A program made the position numbers and the translations under genes. Under the pieces are notes generated by a model that was not told the origin of the DNA, made no database searches, and was given only the letters and a program-made list of their open reading frames with translations. From Thermoanaerobaculia bacterium (GTDB lineage: Bacteria; Acidobacteriota; Thermoanaerobaculia; Multivoradales; Multivoraceae), in assembly GCA_963664405.1 (NCBI GenBank), contig OY761158.1, forward strand, positions 480,001 to 544,000: DNA of 64,000 bases, written 5' to 3'. Shown one piece after another: positions 18,035-28,187 of the stretch (positions are counted from its first letter, which is position 1; every line of letters starts with the position of its first letter).

Positions 18035-19188
18035 GTTACTACTACCGACTCGGCAGCATCCCTCACAAACGGCACACCCAGTTTCGAGGAGACGATGGAT
18101 CCCTTCACCACGAAGAGGTGATGGGTGTTCACGGCTTTGCGGGAGCGCAATCGACTCTCTACCACCTCCGTCCACCCACTCGAGTGCGTCGGATCGAGAA
18201 TCTGACGCTAGCTGAGACGAAGATCGAAGAGCCTGGCCCTCTGCGCCACCGACATCTCCGATCCGCAGCTCTCGAGGGAGCGGGCGATGCCGTCTCCGGC
18301 CGAGTCCAACTGATGGCGAACGGCGACCTCAGTCTCTCCGTGGCTCGCCCGGTCAAGGAGATGAGTTATTGGTATCGCTTCGCTCACGGTGACGAGATCA
18401 TCTTCATTCATGAAGGCAGCGGCTCCCTCCACACACAGTTCGGCGACCTTCGATACCGGTCCGGCGACTACGTCGTCATACCCACGGGCGTGCTCTGGCG
18501 TCTCGTTCCGGATACCGGCGTCGAGCAGCGAATGCTGGTCGTCGAGGCCTACGGCCATGTCGGGCCACCCCGGCGTTACATCAACGACTTCGGTCAGTTC
18601 CTGGAACACTCTCCCTACTGCGAAAGGGATCTACGACCACCGGATGATCTCGTCACCCACGATGAAGAGGGTGAGTTCGAAGTACGCATCAAAGCGCGCG
18701 ACCGAATCACTCGCTATTTCTTCGACCATCATCCTCTCGACGTCGTCGGCTGGGACGGTCATCTGTGGCCCTACGCCTTCAACATCGAGGATTTCGAGCC
18801 GATCACAGGCAGCGTGCATCAACCGCCCCCGGTCCATCAGACCTTCGAGGGCCCTGGCTTCGTGCTCTGCTCCTTCGTGCCCCGGCTCTTCGACTACCAC
18901 CCCGAAGCCATCCCAGCTCCCTACAATCACTCCAACGTCGACTCCGACGAGGTCATCTACTACGTCGACGGCGCCTTCATGTCACGAAAAGGCATCGAGA
19001 GCGCGTCGATCACAGTACACCCCAACGGCATCCCTCACGGCCCCCACCCGGGAACTTACGAGGGGTCGATCGGAAAGAAGCGCACCGAAGAGCTTGCGGT
19101 GATGGTCGACACCTTTCGCCCCCTGGAGCTCACTCGTAGAGCCACTGAGTTGGAAGACCCGGACTACGCCTACAGCTGGCTCGACTGA
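18031..19188 (+). CDS. hmgA: Homogentisate 1,2-dioxygenase
   Basis: HPLDVVGWDG, HQPPPVH, PYNHSNVDSDE, HGPHP, ELAVMVDTF. Confidence 0.95.
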   Translation: MSYYYRLGSIPHKRHTQFRGDDGSLHHEEVMGVHGFAGAQSTLYHLRPPTRVRRIENLTLAETKIEEPGPLRHRHLRSAALEGAGDAVSGRVQLMANGDLSLSVARPVKEMSYWYRFAHGDEIIFIHEGSGSLHTQFGDLRYRSGDYVVIPTGVLWRLVPDTGVEQRMLVVEAYGHVGPPRRYINDFGQFLEHSPYCERDLRPPDDLVTHDEEGEFEVRIKARDRITRYFFDHHPLDVVGWDGHLWPYAFNIEDFEPITGSVHQPPPVHQTFEGPGFVLCSFVPRLFDYHPEAIPAPYNHSNVDSDEVIYYVDGAFMSRKGIESASITVHPNGIPHGPHPGTYEGSIGKKRTEELAVMVDTFRPLELTRRATELEDPDYAYSWLD

Positions 19189-19242
19189 CACGTCCCTAAC
19201 TAGAACTATCGAGGGCGCGACGCGAACCTCGGGAACACGGGT

Positions 19243-19641
19243 CTAGCAGCAGGCTCTCTTTCGTGCCTCGGCGCCGCAAGCGTCCAGATCCGGGCAAGAG
19301 CAGTCCTGCAGAAAGTCGAGCAGCTCGAGCATCCCACGCAGCTCCTCGACCTTCTTCGTAAGCTCACACCGCTTCTCAGCGACGAAGCTCTGCCAACGCG
19401 TTGCCGCCGTTGCTCCGCGAGGAAAGCCCCGGAAGAGCGTGCGAATCTCGGCGATCGAAAAGCCGGCCCGCTGAGCGAGACGGATCACCGCGAGCCGATC
19501 GCATACGGACTCTTCATAGACCCGCCGACCCGACCTCCTCGCAGTCGGGTCGAGGAGGCGCTCGCTCTCGTAGAAGCGAATTGCGGACGGTTTCAGATCC
19601 ATTCTCCGCGCCACTTCTCCGATACTCAGTTCATCACTCAT
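19243..19641 (-). CDS. MerR-family (SoxR-like) regulator
   Basis: LSIGEVA..SAIRFYE..L, AQRAGFSIAEI; C-terminal CSC..C..CC. Confidence 0.9.
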   Translation of the reverse strand: MSDELSIGEVARRMDLKPSAIRFYESERLLDPTARRSGRRVYEESVCDRLAVIRLAQRAGFSIAEIRTLFRGFPRGATAATRWQSFVAEKRCELTKKVEELRGMLELLDFLQDCSCPDLDACGAEARKRACC

Positions 19642-19650
19642 TGAAAGTCC

Positions 19651-19681
19651 TTGACTTCAAGTTAACTTGAGCTACTACGGT
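19651..19681 (+). promoter_or_regulatory. MerR-type 19-bp-spacer promoter with SoxR-box palindrome
   Basis: TTGACT (19651) N19 TACGGT (19676); perfect palindrome TCAAGTTAACTTGA (19657-19670) in the spacer. Confidence 0.85.
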
Positions 19682-19726
19682 ACAGGTCCAAGGCCTTGCC
19701 GTACAACTTCCCGTCAGGAGCGAAAC

Positions 19727-20167
19727 ATGAATGTCCTATCGAGTCCCCCCATCGAAACCATCCTTTCCCTGGCCCTCGCAATCGTCGCGATCGCACCGGT
19801 CACCGCCTTGGCGCTAGCTTCGAGCGAAGAACGCGGCACCCAAGAGAGCAAGGGCACACCGGCAATCGCCTGTTCGCTCACCTCTCCCGAGCTTCGCGAG
19901 CGCACCATCAAAATCAGACGCGACCTACTACCTCATGTCATCAAGACAATAGAGCTCCCCAACGGCATAGCCTTCCTGGTACCCAATGAAGACGGACAGA
20001 TCCAACGACTCGCCGAATTCGTCGAGCTGGAGAGCAAGTGCTGCGCCTTTCTCGACTTCGAGATTCGCGTCGACGCGGGCTCGGCATCCATCTCGCTACG
20101 ACTGACAGGCCCCGAGGAAGCGAAAGCCGTTCTCGAGGCAATGGCCGAGAGCTTCCAAAACCTATAA
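19727..20167 (+). CDS. Exported hypothetical protein with IACSL..ESKCCAFL motif
   Basis: RBS AGGAG; signal peptide; Cys and vicinal CC. Confidence 0.75.
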   Translation: MNVLSSPPIETILSLALAIVAIAPVTALALASSEERGTQESKGTPAIACSLTSPELRERTIKIRRDLLPHVIKTIELPNGIAFLVPNEDGQIQRLAEFVELESKCCAFLDFEIRVDAGSASISLRLTGPEEAKAVLEAMAESFQNL

Positions 20168-20248
20168 CGCTCCAGTGTCCGCTCGGTGCTGCTCTGACAC
20201 CGAAGGCGAACAGCAGGCGCCGTGACCAGCCTCGGAACAGAGCCTGGG

Positions 20249-23200
20249 CTATCGATACTCGTGGTACAGCAACCAGCCGGCCGCCTCCGCGTCACCCAGA
20301 TCCGCTAGAAGTATCTTCCACGCCGCCGCCTCATCCGCATCTCTTCCAATGCCGTAGAGAGCCTGATCGTAGAGCCTGCCGAGACCTGCTATAGCCCACC
20401 AATTCCCAGCCTCGGCCGAACGGCGGAGCCAGAGCAGGCCATTTTCCAGGTCCCGCTCGAGCTCCTCGCCCTTGAGCAACTCGTTGCCATAAAACATCAT
20501 GCAGAAGCTGTCTTTGGCACCAGCACAACGCTGCTGCCAAAGAAGAGCTTGGTCTGTATCAAGCTCAACGCCCTCGCCCCGCCTGTATGCGCCGCTGAGC
20601 ACTCGCATCGCCATCGCTTCTCCCGCATCGGCGGCCCGGTGAGCGAGCACGGCGCTGCGCTCGAGATCCACTTCCCCACCTAGTCCGATCGACAACAGGC
20701 GCGCGAGGAGCGCCGTCGCGGCAGCGTCTCCCCTCTCGGTCAACGCTTCGAGTCGCCGCACGCCTTCTACCAGGAGCTCCTCGTATGCGTCGGAGATTCG
20801 CCCCTCGTTGCCGAGGCGCGGAAATCCGTCTGAGCCGAGGCGCGCGGCCTCGGCCATGAGATCACGCGCGACCTCTACATCCCTCGTCCCCACAACTCCG
20901 GTAGCTGCCAGAAACGCCAGCGTTTCTACGGCCAGCGCGTCGGGCTGGCTTGCTACTTGCTCGAGCAGCCTCAGGCCGCGAAGCGTGCTCGCCTCACTCT
21001 CGCCGGCAAGAATCAGCGCCATACCCAAGTCGTAGGTCGCCCCTCGCTGGTGGGTCTCAGCGCCCGCCTCCAGCCACTCCAAAGACCCTGCCGCATCTCT
21101 CCGGACACACTCTCCGCGCCCGTAGACCAGCACCTTGCCAAGGAAGGCCGCCGCGACCGCGTTGCCAGCACGCGCACCGCGCTCGAGCCACCGCAATCCC
21201 TCTTCACATGCGGGCCCCGTCGGGTAGACGTTGAGGAGCATTCGAGAGGCTGCGACCATCGACTGAGTGTTACCGGCTTCGGCAGCCCGGCGATACGAGT
21301 CGAGGGCGGCGACCGGGTCCGAGGCCCCGAGACCTCTGCCGGTCTCGTTCATCCAGCCCAGGTTGTGCCAAGCCCAGCTCTGACCCTGCTCCGCGGCCGG
21401 CTCCAACCATCGACGGGCGCTCAGGAAATCTACCTCGACCCCTAGACCAATCAGGGCCGCGGTACCCATGAGGTACTGAGCATAGGAGTCTCCCTCGAGG
21501 GCCAAGACCTCGACCGCATCCACCGAAGAGGCAAACAGATCCTCCGCCGCCGGGGCACCTGTCAACACACTCGAAGGGGCAAGCCTCTGCACCAGGGCGA
21601 GCCGGAACATCGCCAGGGGATCGCCCATTGTTGCCGCCCGTGCGTAGAGGTCCGACGCGGCCAGCGGATCGTACCTCCCCCCTTCACCGGACTGGAAGCC
21701 GTCCGCTCTGAGGCGCAGCTCGCTGGCCGGGCCTGCGGTGTTCGGCTCGGATCCGCCGAACGCCGGAAGCGGTGTAGGCCCGGCAGAAGAAGGAGCGACC
21801 CTCGCCTGCGGCCCCAGGGCACGATACGCCTGCCCCAGCTCGTGATCGATCCAGCTCCGACTCCACTCTCCTCCCTTGCTGTCAGGCAGAACTCGCCGCG
21901 CATCGAGAAGGACCGCGATCGCTTTCCGCGGCTGATCCGCAGCAGTGAGGGCTCGTCCCGTGGCGCGGTAGAGATAGCTTGGCGGTGGGGAGAAACTGTC
22001 GCGAGAGTCATCGAGCAGCTCCTCCAGCTCCTCGACCCGACCCTCCTTCTCGAGAAAGACACCGAAGCCCACCCAGGCGTTTTCGCTTCGTGGGTCGAGC
22101 TCCAGAATCCGCCGCAACGCGCGTTCTGCGACCTCCGCCTGGCCGGCACTCTGTGCAGTGGAAGCCAACTTCCGCAGCGACTCCAGATCCTCGGGAAGGT
22201 CGGCTGCCTGAGACGCGAGAAAAACCGCGGCGCTCTGGTCGCTTCCGACCTCTGTCAGGAGCTCTGCCGCGCACTGCGGGACCTTGGCGGCCTCCTTTAC
22301 CAGATTCGTTTCCTCGCAGAGCCGGCGCGCCATTCCTTCCAGTGCCGTCGAGTCCCCCTCCCATGCAGCGGTGGCGAGCAATTCGACGGCAACGTCGCGG
22401 CGAGGGTTCTCGCCTTGAAGTGCCTCCCAGTAATGACGCTCCGCCGCGCCGATCTCCTCACGAATCAGGGCAGATCGAGCCGCCAGCGTGTGACCGCCCC
22501 TCACTCGCCATCGGTCCGAGGCGCCGAGGAGACTCTCGGCGAAGAGCTCGGCCTGCTCTTCCCCCGCAGCCTCGAGATAGAGCTCCCAGAGTGTCTCGGC
22601 GACGACAAACTCGAAACGCGCTTCGAGCTGCCCTTCCAGTAGCTCGACCGCTGCCGCCGGGTCTCCCCTTTCGAATAGCTCCCAGGCAAGATCAACGGCT
22701 TGGTCGCTGCGGAAGGACAGTGGTGCCCGCTGGTACCAGCGACGCAGAAGAGCGTAGTGGCGATCGTCGGGGTCTGCTAGCCGATAAACGACGTCGAGCG
22801 CCTTGAACAGGCCTTCCGCCGCCGGCTGGTTTTGCAATCGCCGTTCGAGAGCGTCGGCAGTGCCCGTCGGTAGCTGGCCGCGGTATACGCCATTCACTTT
22901 GAATACCCAGCCGCCGATGACCTGCGCCACTTCATCGGCAGGGGCAGTCTCGAGGAGCGCCATATAGAGCATGTGGGCATCCGGCAACTCCGAGCAGCTC
23001 CGCAATGCCGAGGCGACAGCCTGGTAACCGTTGTCGCCATCGACGACGACTTCAGCGGCAGCCGACAGAAGCTCGATCACTTCGCCGCAGCGCTCGGGGG
23101 TCTCCAGGCCTCGTGCTGCCGTGATCAAAGCGCGGACAGCGGCCGCAGGATCGAGGCTATCGAGAGCGTTGAGGAGGGCAGACCAGTCGCCGTCGGTGGC

Positions 23201-24133
23201 GGCAATCGCAGCCATCGACGATGTCGCGCGGGTAGAGACTTGCGACGGCTCGTCGGGGTCGCCGGCGATACGTGCCACGCAAGCGCGTGCCGGCTCCGTG
23301 AACTCAGGGCCTCCCTTACTCAGTGCCGCGAGACAGGAGCTCAGCCCGGTATTGCCACTTGGCGGAGTTTCGAAGAGATCGGCCAGCACGCGACGCGTGG
23401 ACTCCGGCTCTTGCTCGGGCATACTCGATGCCATCCAGCGCTCGACCATGGCCGGATCACCGGGAGCGGCACTAGCCCATCGCTGCAGTACCTCAGCCAG
23501 CTGGGTCTGATTGGCTCCCACTGTCTGCGCAAGCATCCGGTAGCCCATCGGGTGCTCGGGATTGCGAGCCAGGAAGGTCTCGACGGCGTCGCTAGCGCGC
23601 GCGACCTCGCCGCTCTGGCGCAGCGTATTCGTGGCTTGCCACACCACCAGTGGATCGTCCGGATAGCGGCCGAGAAGGGCGACGATGGCATCGCTCTTCC
23701 GGACTTGGTCCTGGATCTGAAAGGTGCGGAACAGCTCGGGGCCGCCGGCATCCGGCCGCAATTCCTGCCACCGGGAGAGGACTCGCTCACTCGTCGCCTC
23801 GCCGGCGCCGGGCTCGATCTCCGTTCCCTCGGCCATACTCCGAGCCCGGTCGAGCATGGTCGCGGACATGAGCACCGTTCCCCACGCCTGGAGGACGAAC
23901 ATCGGGTCACCCGTGTCCGACATTGCGAGCGCGGCTTCGAAGGTCTCTTCGTACTGCGCCTCTCGCGTGGCCAGGTCGGGCTCCGCCGAGGCCCGCTGCC
24001 GCGCCCTAGCGACGGAAAGCGAGCTCGCGCCCAGGAGCAGGGCTGAAACCAGAACGGAGACCTCCCGTCGTCGCCACCATCGCTGCGGGAGCGCGAGGCC
24101 GATGGAGTCGGACCATCTTCGTCGCATAGACAA
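20249..24133 (-). CDS. Large exported TPR and Sel1-repeat protein (1294 aa)
   Basis: Signal-like N-terminus, TPR-like helices, C-terminal Sel1 repeats (WLEPAAEQG, YRRAAEAGN, WLRRSAEAGN). Confidence 0.85.
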   Translation of the reverse strand: MSMRRRWSDSIGLALPQRWWRRREVSVLVSALLLGASSLSVARARQRASAEPDLATREAQYEETFEAALAMSDTGDPMFVLQAWGTVLMSATMLDRARSMAEGTEIEPGAGEATSERVLSRWQELRPDAGGPELFRTFQIQDQVRKSDAIVALLGRYPDDPLVVWQATNTLRQSGEVARASDAVETFLARNPEHPMGYRMLAQTVGANQTQLAEVLQRWASAAPGDPAMVERWMASSMPEQEPESTRRVLADLFETPPSGNTGLSSCLAALSKGGPEFTEPARACVARIAGDPDEPSQVSTRATSSMAAIAATDGDWSALLNALDSLDPAAAVRALITAARGLETPERCGEVIELLSAAAEVVVDGDNGYQAVASALRSCSELPDAHMLYMALLETAPADEVAQVIGGWVFKVNGVYRGQLPTGTADALERRLQNQPAAEGLFKALDVVYRLADPDDRHYALLRRWYQRAPLSFRSDQAVDLAWELFERGDPAAAVELLEGQLEARFEFVVAETLWELYLEAAGEEQAELFAESLLGASDRWRVRGGHTLAARSALIREEIGAAERHYWEALQGENPRRDVAVELLATAAWEGDSTALEGMARRLCEETNLVKEAAKVPQCAAELLTEVGSDQSAAVFLASQAADLPEDLESLRKLASTAQSAGQAEVAERALRRILELDPRSENAWVGFGVFLEKEGRVEELEELLDDSRDSFSPPPSYLYRATGRALTAADQPRKAIAVLLDARRVLPDSKGGEWSRSWIDHELGQAYRALGPQARVAPSSAGPTPLPAFGGSEPNTAGPASELRLRADGFQSGEGGRYDPLAASDLYARAATMGDPLAMFRLALVQRLAPSSVLTGAPAAEDLFASSVDAVEVLALEGDSYAQYLMGTAALIGLGVEVDFLSARRWLEPAAEQGQSWAWHNLGWMNETGRGLGASDPVAALDSYRRAAEAGNTQSMVAASRMLLNVYPTGPACEEGLRWLERGARAGNAVAAAFLGKVLVYGRGECVRRDAAGSLEWLEAGAETHQRGATYDLGMALILAGESEASTLRGLRLLEQVASQPDALAVETLAFLAATGVVGTRDVEVARDLMAEAARLGSDGFPRLGNEGRISDAYEELLVEGVRRLEALTERGDAAATALLARLLSIGLGGEVDLERSAVLAHRAADAGEAMAMRVLSGAYRRGEGVELDTDQALLWQQRCAGAKDSFCMMFYGNELLKGEELERDLENGLLWLRRSAEAGNWWAIAGLGRLYDQALYGIGRDADEAAAWKILLADLGDAEAAGWLLYHEYR

Positions 24134-24194
24134 TATTCTATACGCGCGTTTGAACCTCGAGGCGGAGGTGGACCCTTGGACATCTATCGACTTA

Positions 24195-26199
24195 GGGTCG
24201 GCGCGGAAATAACTTCACATTATCGCCGGAGCGTGTGAGGCCGAGGCGCCACAGGGCGGTCGCTGCATTGGAGGTGGTGGTGAGCTGAGCCCAGGCTGTG
24301 GGGCAAGCTCTTCCTGCTCGGTTCGCGGTCTCGGCGAGAGGGTGTAGTTCCACTTTCCTAGGAAGTCGCTCCTGGCCACCGCGAGCTGCAGCATTTCCTT
24401 GTCCGATACCCTGACTCCTTTCTGGTATTGGCGTTGATCACGGCACGGCTCGACGCGCAGTCCGGTGGATGTCGTCGTGTTGCGGACGAGGTTGACGAGG
24501 ATCTCGAAACTCTCGAGAGGAACTCCGGCCCAGTTCTTGCTGATCTCGCTGAACATCCTGTGCTCGATGGGATTCCATTTACTGGTGCCAGTTGGATAGT
24601 GGGCGACGGTGATGATGAGGCCGCACTTGTCTACGAGCTTCTCCTGGAGGTACTTCTTCCAGGCTCGAAGCCGTGCGCCGTTGCTTGCGCCGCTGTCGGC
24701 AAGAATGAGGAGACGCTGAGACGCCGGATAGTGAGATCGACCGTATTTGAGCCACCAGGTCGCGATGCTGTTGACAGCGAACTCCGGCGTGTCCGACGAC
24801 TGTCCGAGGACGAGAACGCCGAAGTTCCTCTGAAGATCGTAGATCCCATAGGGGGAGGCGATGGCGAGAGCTTCGGACCGGAAGTCGTGATCCTTGACCC
24901 GCTTGGCCTCGCGGCACCATGTCTGTCCCTGGTTCTTGAACCGACCGATCAGCTCCTTCTTCTTCGTATCGACGCTGATGATCGGGTCGCCAGCGCTTGT
25001 GAAATCCTCGCGCAGTCGCTTGATGGCCTTGAACTGTGCATCACGATCTGGGGAGTTCCCCGAAGACAGACATTTCCTATTGCTCTTGAGGGAATAGTTC
25101 AGGTCTGCGAGCAATCGACGCACCACCGTAGCCGATACGATGATGTCAAGGCGTTCGGCAAGGCATTGGGCCACCTTTGCAGCGGTCTCGTGCGTCCATC
25201 TTTTTGATGACATGGGATCACCAGCTATATCGGCCTCGAGTATGGAATGGATTCCATCGACTATCTCGGGCGTTTTTTTTCCACTCGTTGGTTGCCACCG
25301 CCTGCTCTTCGAACTCTTCCGCGCTCCACGGAGCCGCCGAAGAGCTCGCGACGTCCTTTTGCGACTGTATGAGGGTCCAGGTCCAGAAGATCGGCGATCT
25401 TCCGGTCGCCGCCATGCCCGAGCTTGGTCGCTTCCAGGCCAGCGAAGAGCCGCCGCTGGCGTTCGTCTAGCAGGCTGAAGAATAAAACGATGGCAGCCCT
25501 GAGCTCCTCGGGGAGCACTTCTGGAACGAGGCTGGCAGCTACATCCTGGAGAGCCTGCCGTTCGTTGCGCATCAGCTTCTGCTGACGACGGCGCCCTGTT
25601 TCCGAGCACAAGTATACGAACCTCTTCCCAACTCTGGATCGTACGATTCTCTTGCGACGAACGAGGTGCAACATCGCGTGCTTGACCTCGACCTGCAGCA
25701 GGAGCTCGAGTTCAGAAGCCGTATAGCCGGCAGCGGACCGGTCCACGGCAGCCACCGCAGTTTCGAGGAGGCTGCCATGCCGACTGAACCTCGCCGAACC
25801 GCACGACCACAAACCCAGATCGTCGAAATCGGGAATCTCGTTCAAGGTATAGAACCGCCCTCGATCCGAGTAGCTGGCCAAATAGCCCAATCGAGACAGC
25901 GAACGGTAGACCGTCATGGTGGCTCGGGTTCCCATGGCGTCCTTGAGCTCATCCATGGTGGCCATCTGTTCGCTCATCAAGAGCTCGCGCACTGTTGCAT
26001 CACGATCTTCGGCTCGTACCATTTGGTATAGTTCCCCTTCCAAAAGAGGTGACAGGGGAAACTATACCAAATGCGGGCAGGGCTATGCTAGCTCTAAACC
26101 TTGCAAACAAGGCGCGTACCGGAGGATTATGCGGTGGCTGAAGAAGGGGGCAGTGGTATGGTCACCCCAGATACTGGAAACTTATTTCCGCGCCGACCC
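24195..26199 (-). mobile_element. ISAzo13-family insertion sequence (2005 bp)
   Basis: Perfect 18-bp TIR GGGTCGGCGCGGAAATAA (24195-24212 / 26182-26199); TTA direct repeats at 24192-24194 and 26200-26202. Confidence 0.92.
24215..26043 (-). CDS. ISAzo13 transposase in two frames (ORF A 25261-26043, ORF B 24215 to ~25280), probable -1 frameshift
   Basis: ORF B: ISVDTKKKELIG, DHDF, ADSG, PTGTSKWNPIEHRMFS; ORF A: DERQRRLFAG..HGG..RVRRAGGG; A8 run at the junction (T8 at 25273-25280). Confidence 0.88.
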
Positions 26200-26212
26200 T
26201 TAGGATTGGCGG

Positions 26213-26715
26213 GTGAAGCCTAGATTGCACAGCCAGAACCAGGGTTTCCGGTGGGAGACCCCGCTAGGTCCCTTCCGTCGTCTCACCACCGACCAAGCTA
26301 GACAGTGGAGCGAGCAGGGTTTCTTCGTCCTCGAGGACGCCATCGACCGCCCAACTCTCGAGCGCCTGATCTCCGAGATCGACCCTTGGGAGGCGAAGGC
26401 CGAAGCCTGGCTACGAAAGCAACCTCAGGGACGGAGCTCCGTCGCCCGCGCGGGCGAGATCACCTTCACGGTCCACCTGGTGAAGCGGTCGGCCTTCCTA
26501 CGTAGCTTCTGCGCTGGAGGGCTCTTTCGCGACCTCGCCTGGGACCTGGTAGGTCCCGACGTTCGGCTCTACTGGGATCAGGCTGTGTACAAGATGCCCA
26601 GCGTGGCGGCGCCCTGCGCATGGAGCCCAAAGAGAGCGGCGGCTATCGCTCCATCCGCCAGGATGACCCCGAGCGCCAGTTTCCGATCCGGAGCGCTGGA
26701 CGTCCGCTGGCCTGA
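26213..26715 (+). pseudogene. Phytanoyl-CoA dioxygenase (PhyH) family remnant with internal deletion
   Basis: N-terminus LT.DQARQW.EQGFFVLED..LYWDQAVYK is joined at ~26595 out of frame to a C-terminal-looking segment (..RQDDPERQFP..TGA 26713); no HxD..H triad. Confidence 0.7.
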
Positions 26716-26741
26716 GATCGGCGATCGACGGACCCGAGCTC

Positions 26742-26771
26742 AAAAAGAAAAGCGCCTCCCGCAGGAGGCGC
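26742..26771 (-). terminator. Rho-independent terminator
   Basis: GCGCCTCC-N4-GGAGGCGC stem followed by TTTTCTTTTT on the minus strand, downstream of the stop at 26798. Confidence 0.75.
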
Positions 26772-26797
26772 CCTTCGACTTCGAAACGGCTTCCTGC

Positions 26798-28048
26798 TCA
26801 GTTACCGCTGGACGGATCGCCGACCCAGCCGGTCTTTCCCGAGGCGTTCTCGTCGGGGTTCGTATAAGTGAGAAATCCGAAGAGCATCTCTTCGTGAGTC
26901 GCTTCGCCCCAAGTGATCGTTTGGCTCGGATCGGGGTTCCAGGGATTGTCAGCTGAATTGTCCCAGACTCCGGTGAAGCTCACTTTCGTCCCCTTGGGCA
27001 CCAGCTTCGGCTCCTTGAAGCGATATGCGGTCTGCCAGTTGTAGTCGTACTTCGGCACGTCGAGAAGGATCTCCTCAGTGCCATCCGGGTACTGAAGCGT
27101 GTACTTCGCCGAAATCCCGCGCAGATGCATATGCGGCATCATCGCGTTGATCAAGGCGTCCGTCTCGAATTCCATCTCGGCCGTAGCCGCGTAGTTCGCC
27201 TCTCCCGGGGGGATGGAGAAATCGAAGGTCCCGAGCGGGTTGTTCAGCAGAACGTGCTCCGGGGTGTATCCCTCGGGATAGAAAACGATGCCTACCGCCG
27301 ACTGGTCCCAGACACCGGTCCCGGGCCCTGGCTCCTTGTGGTAGTGCACGTTCCATCTCATCTCCTCGCCGGCTTTGAGCTTAGCCGCATAGCCGTCGCG
27401 ATAGACATTCGGCTTGTTGCCGGGAGCGATCCCGCCGACCGGGCGCAGGATGATGTGATGCACGGCCGGAGAGCCCGGGCGAAACTCGACCGCTTTGATC
27501 CAGCGATCCGTGGGCAGTTCTTCTTCCGTCAACTTGATGGGAAAGTAGAAAGTGTCGTCGAGGAGCTCGTCGGGAACGAAGAACGCCTCTCTGAACTCGA
27601 GTACCAGGTCCGGTTCGCCGATGCTCCAGCCATCGCTGCTGGCGAAGTCCCGGGGTGCCGGCGCATCCGCCTCATTCCCTGCCGCCGCGCCACTACGTGC
27701 CCAGGCTACGACTGTCTCGATCTCGGCTTCGGTGAGAGTTCGCTCGTCCTCGAAGACTCCGGAGTGAATCGAAGAGGCATCCCAGGGTGGCATATCCCTA
27801 TTAGCGACCGCCTTGCCGATCGCCCGCGCCCAGGGCCGAGCCTCCTGGTAAGTGGTGAACGCCATTGGCGCCACCATGCCGCCCATGTTGGTGCCACCCT
27901 CTCGGTGACAATCCTGGCAATTCTGCTGAAGGATAGGCAGCACGTCTTTGTAAAACGTGACGTCCGCGACCGTTGCGTCGTTGGCGGCTGCCAGAACAGG
28001 CGCCATGGAAATCAACAGAGCCACAACGCCAGAGATCAAAATACGCAT
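26798..28048 (-). CDS. Exported cytochrome c plus copper type II monooxygenase-like protein
   Basis: Signal peptide; CQDCH heme motif, MPPW; VHH, HY, PHMHLRG, YDYNWQ and EM copper-ligand pattern. Confidence 0.82.
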   Translation of the reverse strand: MRILISGVVALLISMAPVLAAANDATVADVTFYKDVLPILQQNCQDCHREGGTNMGGMVAPMAFTTYQEARPWARAIGKAVANRDMPPWDASSIHSGVFEDERTLTEAEIETVVAWARSGAAAGNEADAPAPRDFASSDGWSIGEPDLVLEFREAFFVPDELLDDTFYFPIKLTEEELPTDRWIKAVEFRPGSPAVHHIILRPVGGIAPGNKPNVYRDGYAAKLKAGEEMRWNVHYHKEPGPGTGVWDQSAVGIVFYPEGYTPEHVLLNNPLGTFDFSIPPGEANYAATAEMEFETDALINAMMPHMHLRGISAKYTLQYPDGTEEILLDVPKYDYNWQTAYRFKEPKLVPKGTKVSFTGVWDNSADNPWNPDPSQTITWGEATHEEMLFGFLTYTNPDENASGKTGWVGDPSSGN

Positions 28049-28187
28049 CTTCACTACCTTTCCTTCAGATCCAGGATGGAGCGGCTGAACCGACACACAC
28101 ATCTCGGTACGAGATTTACGGGACAAAGATATCAAATGTGCCTTATTTCGAAAGGCATCGCGCCGATCTGCTCGACCGGAAAGATCC

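Noticed and set aside
16820-18175. 451-aa antisense ORF over hppD, and similar long antisense ORFs over parC, parE, the permeases and the monooxygenase
   Set aside because: Shadow ORFs expected from GC-rich codon usage; no motifs
24195-24212. ISAzo13 TIR (GGAAATAA) as parent of family C palindromes (GGAAATGA)
   Set aside because: Only a 6-7 bp match, at a different distance from the end and with a different duplication size
11709-28048. Full catecholamine-like pathway (hydroxylase, decarboxylase, DBH-like monooxygenase)
   Set aside because: The Cu monooxygenase is about 12 kb away beyond unrelated genes and an IS; there is no linkage evidence
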